Source: an uncultured Candidatus Micrarchaeota archaeon (GTDB lineage Archaea; Micrarchaeota; Micrarchaeia; Anstonellales; Bilamarchaeaceae). From it: a stretch of 64,000 bases of DNA. Position 1 is the first letter of the stretch, and each line of letters begins with the position of its first letter. This document shows, one piece after another, positions 29,637 through 37,748 of this stretch. A model generated the notes under the pieces. The model worked only from the letters and a program-made list of their open reading frames with translations, did no database searches and was not told the origin of the DNA. The stretch lies in NCBI GenBank assembly GCA_963714085.1, contig OY970229.1, positions 1,280,001 through 1,344,000 of the forward strand. Direction: 5' to 3'. Position numbers and translations under genes: made by a program.

Positions 29637-30127
29637 AAAATATCTACTCCATCGGCAAACGCCAATGGAAACTAGGGGGCAAAAACATAGGCGAGTACAT
29701 TGCCAGATGTTACGATCTTTACGAAACCAAGATGGGCAATAAATGGAAGCGCTATCTCATAAAAGTTCGCCCAAATGAAGGTGCGGATCATGCGTTTCTT
29801 TGTTGGTACACTGAGTCTTTATTATCAAAAATCGGTTTGAAATCAACTATCAATCCAACTTGGGGTGCTGATCTGGCTGTCGAATACAAAGAAAAGAAAA
29901 TATGCTTCGAAATAGAAACCGGAAAACGCTTAGACAGAATGAAACGGCGTGATATGTATGCTAGGTTTGATGAATATTCGAAGACTTATGCCCTGGTTTT
30001 CATAATCGTTCCTAATGAACGAGTAGCCAGAAGATATCGCGGATTTGGCAAGCCAGTCATAACAAAAGACAAAATAGAGGCTTTCATTCACTCTTTTTCA
30101 CTCACACACAACACTAAGGGCAGCTAG
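29633..30127 (+). CDS. PD-(D/E)xK-like nuclease-fold protein
   Basis: EGADH..GADLAV..CFEIETG; resembles the C-terminal domain of 2526-4772; ATGA overlap with integrase. Confidence 0.65.
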   Translation: MKNIYSIGKRQWKLGGKNIGEYIARCYDLYETKMGNKWKRYLIKVRPNEGADHAFLCWYTESLLSKIGLKSTINPTWGADLAVEYKEKKICFEIETGKRLDRMKRRDMYARFDEYSKTYALVFIIVPNERVARRYRGFGKPVITKDKIEAFIHSFSLTHNTKGS

Positions 30128-30300
30128 AACGCTTGTTCCATTGTGTTCTGAAGCTTAGAACGCCTAAAGCAGTGTGTTTTGCGTGTGTTTCTTTAAAAAG
30201 GCAAAATTAGCAAAACACAATGCTTTTTGCAATTCTGCACAATGGTCTGATCGTTTGGGTATTCAACACCCCCACAAAATTTTGAGCGAAATTAGGTGAA

Positions 30301-32394
30301 TTAAGGTCTAACAATTGCGAAACGATTAGAATCAGATTTGCTTGCTGTTTTCTTCTGGATCTTTTTCTTCGTCATCAACAACCATAGCAAGATTTTCTTC
30401 GCTTTCCGTTTTTTCTCTTGCGTTTCATAGAGCAAAAGCTCTTTTCTTCTACGCGTTTCACGCTCCTTCTGCTCCTTTATCACGGTTTTCTTTGTGTTTT
30501 TACTAACTAAGGAAACCTCATTGGTTTGAAGCTTAATGATTGGCCGTGGAAAGTTAGATTGATGATTTGATTTTCGGTTCTTGGCCTTTTCTAACAATTC
30601 CTTGGTCTGAGTTTGCCGGATTTGTTTTGACTTAACTGATTTTACTTGTCTTTCCTCTTTTCGTTCTGGTTTGATCGAAGTATCGGACCTGGCTTTTCTT
30701 TTACCGAACTTGGTTTTTTGTTCTTCTGCCGCTCTGAGCACTCGACTACTTTTTTCAGTTTTTCGTGCTTCGGATTTTGGAAGTAAAGGAGTATTGTTTT
30801 TGGTCTTTTTATTATGTCTAACTACGTGGGTTGCAGTTAATCGGTTTGGATTTCGAGTCTGAGTATATTGTTTTCGTCTCGAAATCTTCTTTTTTTCTAG
30901 TTCGTACTGAGGTTGAGCTTTTCGTGATGCATGCTTGATTCTTATGTGTTTTGAGTTCTTTAGATCAGATCGTCTAGTCTCAATTACCGCAGCGGAAGTT
31001 TTTGGATGGGCTTTTCTCTTCTGAGGTCTCGGTGTTTGTAAAAGTTGTGCATCTGAGTTCTCGGTGCGTGGTTTCCGAGATTTGCGAGGTTCTCTAGTTT
31101 GTCCGGCATTTTCTTCATTCCCAATTCTATCTGTGCGGACTTCAACGCATTCTGGCTTTGTCCTGAACCAAATATTTGAAAACGACCAGCCAGCTCCTGT
31201 TTCAATCACTTCTCTTGTGTTTCCTGCCAATGCTGACGTCTCTCTTTCGCCTGATCGTCGTTCTAATACTGTTAAAATTCCATCCAAACGAATGGTCTCC
31301 TTGTTTCCCTGGATATTTGAATTGGATTGAATGGTACTGCGCGTAACTGAGAAAAGGGCTGAATCCGCAGCTCCATTAAACCAAGGGCGTGTAAGTTTTC
31401 GTTTTTGATTCTCTTCTCTTGCAATTTCAAGAATGAAACGTAATCTCAGGTCAAAATAAGCGTTATATCCATAATCATTTGTTTGAATCGAGTGATGGTC
31501 AACAAGTGCAGAAAACACTGGATGAACTCGTCTAATTTCAACGTAATCAGGTTGCCATATTTGGTTTGGGATTTGGAAACTCTGCGGTGAAGGAGAAGCA
31601 AAACTATCCTGTAAAATAGGATTGTTGAGAATAACTGAAGGGGTTTGTATGGTGAAAGTTTGTAGTTCAGTTTGGGTGGTTGGAGGACTTGCAATTAAAG
31701 GTTGCAACTGTAAACTGTTGTTATTCAATTCCTTATTTGCAGCTGCAAGAATTTTTTGTTTAAGCTCCGGAGCCTGTTTTGCAGCTTCTTCTTGTACAAA
31801 TTGTGAAATTCGATCTATATTTTCAGCACATGCAAGTTTTGGTGCCTGCCACGCTCCAACTGGATGAGAGCAACGGCCAGAAGCTGCTATGACAAAATCC
31901 AACGCCAGAGGATTGTGCGTATCGGCGACAGCTTTGATGGCCTCTTTTAGAGTTCCTTCATCGCAGGTCGTGGAAAGAGAATTAAGCTTCTGCACTCCTT
32001 CGTTATTTTTCAACAGATCAGAAAAATGAGTAGTCAAAATGCCTTTTATCGTAGGATTTCCGTCTCCAGCTTCAATAATATCATGAACTGTTTTTGCATA
32101 ATCGGTCGCAGATGAGAGATTCTGAGCAAGTGCATATTTTGCGACTCCCCGATCCTGTTCATCGCCAGTTTGAACTATCCTGACAAGGACGGCTAGGTAT
32201 CCAGGCAGACTTGAGTTATCTTTTGCCTCAGCTATTTTATCCTTAAATCGATTTTGACATGGATGCGATCCTGAGCCATGTTTTTCTTGCTGCAGAGATG
32301 GAGATGGCGTGCGCTCTAGGGGTTTGGATACCTGCTGAGGTGACTTTGGAGGTAAACCTCGCCGTGTAGCACTAGCTCCTTCATTTTCTGCCAT
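30301..32394 (-). CDS. Hypothetical protein with long Lys/Arg-rich C-terminus
   Basis: ~700-codon ORF in AT-rich DNA; start uncertain. Confidence 0.6.
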   Translation of the reverse strand: MAENEGASATRRGLPPKSPQQVSKPLERTPSPSLQQEKHGSGSHPCQNRFKDKIAEAKDNSSLPGYLAVLVRIVQTGDEQDRGVAKYALAQNLSSATDYAKTVHDIIEAGDGNPTIKGILTTHFSDLLKNNEGVQKLNSLSTTCDEGTLKEAIKAVADTHNPLALDFVIAASGRCSHPVGAWQAPKLACAENIDRISQFVQEEAAKQAPELKQKILAAANKELNNNSLQLQPLIASPPTTQTELQTFTIQTPSVILNNPILQDSFASPSPQSFQIPNQIWQPDYVEIRRVHPVFSALVDHHSIQTNDYGYNAYFDLRLRFILEIAREENQKRKLTRPWFNGAADSALFSVTRSTIQSNSNIQGNKETIRLDGILTVLERRSGERETSALAGNTREVIETGAGWSFSNIWFRTKPECVEVRTDRIGNEENAGQTREPRKSRKPRTENSDAQLLQTPRPQKRKAHPKTSAAVIETRRSDLKNSKHIRIKHASRKAQPQYELEKKKISRRKQYTQTRNPNRLTATHVVRHNKKTKNNTPLLPKSEARKTEKSSRVLRAAEEQKTKFGKRKARSDTSIKPERKEERQVKSVKSKQIRQTQTKELLEKAKNRKSNHQSNFPRPIIKLQTNEVSLVSKNTKKTVIKEQKERETRRRKELLLYETQEKKRKAKKILLWLLMTKKKIQKKTASKSDSNRFAIVRP

Positions 32395-32544
32395 TGGCAA
32401 ATACATCGACAAAAATATTTATAATCCGTAGCATCATTTGAGAAAATATATCTCGATTATTTAGAGTTTAAGATAATAGATTGGAGCTGATTCACATTGG
32501 CAAACGTCTAATCTCCCTCCGACCAAGCCTTAAATAGCTCTTAC

Positions 32545-32586
32545 CTCAGAACCGCCCTCAGTGGAAGGCATAACTTGGCTTTCTTC
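32545..32586 (+). repeat. Element right-arm repeat, copy 1
   Basis: CTCAGAACCGCCCTCAGTGGAAGGCATAACTTGGCTTTCTTC identical (42 bp) at 34129-34170; first part also near 35078-35101. Confidence 0.92.
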
Positions 32587-33933
32587 TTACTCTAGCATCC
32601 CAACGAAAAACAATGGCCGACGCATATCATCCAGCATGCCAGGGTGAGTAAAGATTATTTTTTGTTTGGTCGTGAATCCCTTGAACTGAGTTCGCCCCTT
32701 GTTACGCCCGCCTATTTCACATACCAGATCGTTCACTAGATAATCAGGAGTTTTCTCTCCTCTTGTCCCCTTGAGATAATCTAATTGGATACCAAGACGT
32801 GAGATAGCGTCCACGAAAAAATCTTCACGCAACGCTCCTATCGCATCATCATACGATTTGAAAAGCAATCGATATGGCAGGGCGAATAATATCTTTGGCT
32901 CTTTGGTAATATTGGTGCCCTTTGGAAGAATACACTTTAGTACAAAAGCTTTTTCCAGCAAATCTACGTATCTCTGAACTTTTGTCTTAGCAATTTGGCA
33001 GTTTTGAGAGATGCTTGAATAGCTAATGCCCTCGCTTTCTGAGCGGCCGATGAAAAGTAGGATTTGGCGCACCTCAAAGGATTCGGCAAGGGTGATGCCA
33101 GAAGCTCGAATCAGATCACGTTCGATGATTGTGTCTAGCATATTGCGAAATTGTGGAAGCGTATCCTGCTGACCAAAAGTGAAAAGGTAATTACTCCCAG
33201 TAAGATAATCCTTAAACAGGGATTCAAAACGCAGATTCAGACCGTAATATGTCCTGCAACGCTCGGTATCTGTTAGATCAGAAAAAGGGAGTGGTTGAAC
33301 TTGGATATCTCTTGAAAAAAAGATAAACTCTCGAAAAGACAACGATAGAACAGAGAACACCCTCACACGGCGTGAGAGATCATATGTGGAGCTATGGAGG
33401 GAAATTGCGGATGAACTGGTAAACACCACTTGTAATTGAGGAAGAAAGTCGTAGATTTTTTTGAGTTCGTTGCCATAGTTTGGATATGCATGGATCTCGT
33501 CTATAAGAAGCAATTTGATGCCTTTGTCCATAAGTTCGTTTGCCAATCCGAAAAGGTCGGTTTCGCTTCCTGTATCGAGTGAGATATAAAACGAAGTTTT
33601 GGCCTGATTATGAATTTGTTTCAACAGCGTACTTTTTCCCACCCCCCTCGGACCGATTAGCGCTATGAAGATGCGTTCTCCTAAATGGCGATTGATCTCT
33701 TCATACACAAAACGTTTCTTGGGATAAGTAGCGCCCTCTTGCCTTGCTTTGTCGCTTAGAGTTTGCTGCTCTTCGTTGGGTACGTTACGAACTCCAAAAA
33801 CTCCCAACCGAGCCGATGGCAAGGTTGTCATATCAACAATACGTCGTGGATCCACACCTTCGGGCGGAAGTTTATGCTCTTCCTTCTTGGCGCTACGACG
33901 TTTGGTTTGTTTTCTATTACTCATACAATTCAT
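32587..33933 (-). CDS. AAA+ ATPase (AAA_14/DUF4143-like)
   Basis: GPRGVGKST, LLIDEIH, TSSS, LSRR, LSFREF, C-terminal PDY..EIGG. Confidence 0.85.
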   Translation of the reverse strand: MNCMSNRKQTKRRSAKKEEHKLPPEGVDPRRIVDMTTLPSARLGVFGVRNVPNEEQQTLSDKARQEGATYPKKRFVYEEINRHLGERIFIALIGPRGVGKSTLLKQIHNQAKTSFYISLDTGSETDLFGLANELMDKGIKLLLIDEIHAYPNYGNELKKIYDFLPQLQVVFTSSSAISLHSSTYDLSRRVRVFSVLSLSFREFIFFSRDIQVQPLPFSDLTDTERCRTYYGLNLRFESLFKDYLTGSNYLFTFGQQDTLPQFRNMLDTIIERDLIRASGITLAESFEVRQILLFIGRSESEGISYSSISQNCQIAKTKVQRYVDLLEKAFVLKCILPKGTNITKEPKILFALPYRLLFKSYDDAIGALREDFFVDAISRLGIQLDYLKGTRGEKTPDYLVNDLVCEIGGRNKGRTQFKGFTTKQKIIFTHPGMLDDMRRPLFFVGMLE

Positions 33934-34198
33934 TACACACCAAACTATATAAACCTATCATTTTGGCTAGTATTCATACGAAATGATAGTCATTTTAGAA
34001 TAATTTCAGACAAAATGATAGTTTGTTTATGACCGTGACTTCGCCAGATTTTCGATTCATCGAGCTTTTCCGAGGTAAATTTTCGTCAAATCCCTAACCC
34101 TCCCGGCCAATCATTAAATAGAACCCATCTCAGAACCGCCCTCAGTGGAAGGCATAACTTGGCTTTCTTCGGTACACACTCAGATAACCTCTCTGCAT

Positions 34199-35148
34199 TC
34201 GGCAGGAGCACTCTGCTTTTATCTAAGTGTTCCCCCCATTTGGCACCGCGGTGTCAAGTAATTCTCCTAGATATAAACTTGAAAATGTGGGAAGTTTAGG
34301 AGAACCTTAAAATGACATATTCTTATTAGTAAGCATGAAAGAATTACATATGGAAAATTCCTGGTTTTTAATCTCTAGCAAACTGAAAAAAATCAAATTC
34401 AATGGAGATACGGATATTCGGTATACAGAAGAATTTGTTAAAATGTTCATCCTTAAATTTACAAAAAGAGGGGATAGAATCTTAGACCCTTTTGCTGGTT
34501 TTGGTACAACGTTGTTTGTAGGCCAGCGACTGGGACGAACAGTTCTTGGGATAGAATACGACGAAAGTCAATATGAATACATTAACGACCGGATCAAAAA
34601 GCCCTGTAAAATCATTCATGGAAATTCCCTAAAACTCAGATCTTATAAATTGCCAAAGTTTGACTTTTCCATAACTTCTCCGCCCTACATGAGAAACTTT
34701 GATAAGGAAGATCCATTTACAAATTATACAAAAATTGGGAGTTACTCAAAATATTTGAAAGATATTGGAAGAATATACCGGCAGATCAAAAAGGTAATGA
34801 AAAAAAATGCCACAATCATAATCGAAGTGTCAAATACAATTGGTGAGGGCCGTCCCATGACTCCTTTAGCTTGGGACATAGGGAGAGAAATTTCGAAAAT
34901 ATTCTTTTTCGAACAAGAAATAATTTATTGTTCGACGGAAGGCGATCATAGCCACGTTTTAGTATTTAAGAACAAATGGCTGCAAAGTAATCATTTTCAT
35001 TGAAGTTCAGTGTCCAAGTGCAAGCAGCAGTGCAAGTCGTCTAACCCCCCTCAGGCCAGAGTATAAATAGCTCTTACCTCAGAACCGCCCTCAGTGGAAG
35101 GTCATTGTCTTTCACACTCAGATAAGCCCTGTGCTTCCGGCAGGAGCA
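34199..35148. mobile_element. Non-autonomous 938-bp att-bounded cassette carrying one DNA methyltransferase gene
   Basis: Core CGGCAGGAGCA at both ends with conserved arm motifs at identical spacing. Confidence 0.8.
34335..35003 (+). CDS. Orphan amino-DNA methyltransferase (N4-C/N6-A)
   Basis: Motif I DPFAGFGTT precedes motif IV TSPPY. Confidence 0.8.
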   Translation: MKELHMENSWFLISSKLKKIKFNGDTDIRYTEEFVKMFILKFTKRGDRILDPFAGFGTTLFVGQRLGRTVLGIEYDESQYEYINDRIKKPCKIIHGNSLKLRSYKLPKFDFSITSPPYMRNFDKEDPFTNYTKIGSYSKYLKDIGRIYRQIKKVMKKNATIIIEVSNTIGEGRPMTPLAWDIGREISKIFFFEQEIIYCSTEGDHSHVLVFKNKWLQSNHFH

Positions 35149-35205
35149 TTTAACTCCAATCCGGGAATCAGAACTATTAAGAACACTCTCAGCCCGTTCA
35201 TTTTG

Positions 35206-35706
35206 ATGGCGCTGAAAGGCAAACCCGTCTCCCGGCTGACGATGTTCAAGTTGAATTATAACAAGCTCATTTCGGGTGTTCTCAGCCTTGGCGTCATCGT
35301 AGTCGCCTTGTTCATCCTGCAATATCTATTCCATACGAACTCCATAATCATCTTTCTCGCCGCCCTGATCGTGGCGTCATCGGTCTTCTGGAAGCTTCTG
35401 CGGGGACTATACGATGTCGAAAAGTCCAAGCAGGCTATCCTCCTCTTGATAAACACATCCCTCCTCGTCCTGTTCCTGTTCGCAGCGCTTTATCTGGTAT
35501 CGGCAAGGATCCTGATGAAAGTAGACCCGTCCTTGGAATGCAAAACGGCGATAGAATGCACCTGGTCCAGCTGCCCCATCGTCTTCAATATCTCCGACCT
35601 GTGCTTTTTCACGCAACAGTTCCTGGCTGCGAACATACAGTTCACGGGTATCGAGATAATATACCTGATCCTGGCGCGCGGGATCGGCGACATCGTCCTG
35701 AGATAA
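35206..35706 (+). CDS. Hypothetical membrane protein
   Basis: 3-4 TM segments, Cys-rich loop; start uncertain. Confidence 0.6.
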   Translation: MALKGKPVSRLTMFKLNYNKLISGVLSLGVIVVALFILQYLFHTNSIIIFLAALIVASSVFWKLLRGLYDVEKSKQAILLLINTSLLVLFLFAALYLVSARILMKVDPSLECKTAIECTWSSCPIVFNISDLCFFTQQFLAANIQFTGIEIIYLILARGIGDIVLR

Positions 35707-35751
35707 ACCCGCTTCCAAAAGGCTTTTTATCTGCCCCGTAGAATAACAATC

Positions 35752-37674
35752 ATGCATTTTTCCCTTGAATCCCCCTACAAGCCAGCAGGCGACCAGCCCC
35801 AGGCAATAGACAAGCTGGTCGCAGGGGTGGAGAAAGGGGGCTTCCAGACTCTTTTAGGTGTGACCGGGTCCGGAAAGACGTTCACGATGGCCAATGTCAT
35901 CGCCCGCAGCGGCAAGAACGCAATAATCGTCTCGCACAACAAGACTCTTGCAGCGCAGCTCTACGCCGAGTTCCAGCAGTTCTTCCCGCAGGACAACGTG
36001 GGATTCTTCATATCATATTACGACTACTACCAGCCGGAGAGCTACATCGCCTCCACGGACACGTACATAGAGAAGGAGGCCGAGAGGAACGAGAAGCTGG
36101 AAGAATTCAGGCTACAAGCGACATCGTATCTCCTTTCGGGCAGGCCCACGGTCATCATCGCCTCGGTCTCGTGCATCTACGGCCTGGGCAATCCCGGAAC
36201 GTACGCCCAGCTGGGATTGGACCTCAAGAAAGGCATGCGCATCCGGAGGAAGGAGCTGACGCACTCCCTGGTCAAGATGCAATACGAGAGGAACGAGACC
36301 GTCCTTGAGAAAGGCAGCTTCCGCATGCGGGGTGACATGCTGGAAGTCTTCCCGCCGTTCTCGGATTCCGCCATACGCGTGATGTTCGAGGACGACGAGT
36401 TGCAATGGATCGAATCATTCGACGTGCTCAGCGGAAGGAAGAGCAAAACATCGAGCTACCTCCTGCTCCCGGCCAAGCACTTCGTGGTCCCGGACGAGAC
36501 GAAGAACGATGCGTTGGAGTCCATATCCGCGGAGCTGGAGGAATCCGCCCCGTCGCTCAAACCACTGGAAAGGCAGCGATTGGAGCAGAGGACGCGCTAC
36601 GACCTGGAGATGATACGCGAGCTGGGCTATTGCTCGGGCATAGAGAACTATTCAAGGCATTTCGACGGCCGCAAGCCCGGCGAGAGGCCGTACTGCCTGC
36701 TGGATTACTTCCCCAAGGACTTCCTCATGTTCATAGACGAATCCCATGTCACCCTGCCGCAGGTCCGGGGCATGTACCACGGCGATCTCACCAGGAAGCA
36801 GGCCCTGGTGGAGAACGGGTTCAGGCTGCCGTGCGCGTACGACAACCGGCCCCTGAAGTTCGAGGAGTTCGAGAAATTCATGAAGAACGTGGTCTTCGTC
36901 TCCGCCACTCCGGCGCAATATGAGCTGGACCACTCGTCCCAGGTTGTCGAACAGATAGTGCGCCCGACCGGCCTGGTGGACCCGGAGATAGAGATAAGGA
37001 AGACCAAAGGCCAACTGGACGATCTTTTATCCGAAGTCAAGCTCAGGGCTGACCGGAACGAGCGCACGCTCGTCACCACGCTCACGAAAAGGATGGCAGA
37101 GGACCTCGCGTCCTACCTCCATGACAAGGGTGCGAGGGTGCGTTACCTGCACTCCGAGATAGAGACGCTCGAGCGCACGAAGCTCATACGCGCATTGAGA
37201 GCAGGGAAGTTCGACTGCCTGGTCGGCATAAATCTCCTCAGGGAAGGTTTAGACATCCCCGAGGTCTCCCTGGTCGCGATACTGGACGCGGACAAGACCG
37301 GCTTCCTCCGCTCCTCGCAAGCCCTGATCCAGACCATAGGCCGTGCAGCGAGGAACGTGAACGGCAGGGTCATCATGTACTCGGACACTGTTTCCGAAGC
37401 CATGCGCGCAGCGATAAGCGAGACCGACAGGCGGCGCAAGAAGCAGGTTCTGTTCAACAAGAAGTACGGGATAACCCCCAAGACGATAATCAAGCCGGTT
37501 CCACCTGAAGAGGAGATAGGCGAGGTCGAAGCCGCGATCCCGAAGAGCATGAATGAGAAACAGAAGGAGGAGCTCATCGCCCTGTTCGAGGAGGAGATGA
37601 TGGCAGCGGCCGAGCGGCTGGACTTCGAGAAGGCGATAGCGCTGAGGGACAGGATACGGCAGCTGAGGAAATGA
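35752..37674 (+). CDS. uvrB: Excinuclease ABC subunit B
   Basis: GVTGSGKT, HNKTLAAQL, YYDYYQPE, DESH, GINLLREGLD, C-terminal UVR domain. Confidence 0.97.
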   Translation: MHFSLESPYKPAGDQPQAIDKLVAGVEKGGFQTLLGVTGSGKTFTMANVIARSGKNAIIVSHNKTLAAQLYAEFQQFFPQDNVGFFISYYDYYQPESYIASTDTYIEKEAERNEKLEEFRLQATSYLLSGRPTVIIASVSCIYGLGNPGTYAQLGLDLKKGMRIRRKELTHSLVKMQYERNETVLEKGSFRMRGDMLEVFPPFSDSAIRVMFEDDELQWIESFDVLSGRKSKTSSYLLLPAKHFVVPDETKNDALESISAELEESAPSLKPLERQRLEQRTRYDLEMIRELGYCSGIENYSRHFDGRKPGERPYCLLDYFPKDFLMFIDESHVTLPQVRGMYHGDLTRKQALVENGFRLPCAYDNRPLKFEEFEKFMKNVVFVSATPAQYELDHSSQVVEQIVRPTGLVDPEIEIRKTKGQLDDLLSEVKLRADRNERTLVTTLTKRMAEDLASYLHDKGARVRYLHSEIETLERTKLIRALRAGKFDCLVGINLLREGLDIPEVSLVAILDADKTGFLRSSQALIQTIGRAARNVNGRVIMYSDTVSEAMRAAISETDRRRKKQVLFNKKYGITPKTIIKPVPPEEEIGEVEAAIPKSMNEKQKEELIALFEEEMMAAAERLDFEKAIALRDRIRQLRK

Positions 37675-37748
37675 CAAGCCATAAATACCTCTTTCGTCAT
37701 AATAGACTAGACTAATTCCCAGGTGATGTAATCCCAATAGATTCAATC

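Larger units (their letters stand above)
28203..34210. mobile_element. Integrase-encoding element at tRNA-Glu (~6.0 kb)
   Basis: Core TCGGCAGGAGCA at 28203-28214 repeated at 34199-34210; integrase next to the tRNA; markedly AT-rich. Confidence 0.88.

Noticed and set aside
32545..35101. Three-copy repeat considered as a CRISPR array
   Set aside because: Copies are 0.9-1.6 kb apart with genes between them, and there are no cas genes; better explained as element arms.
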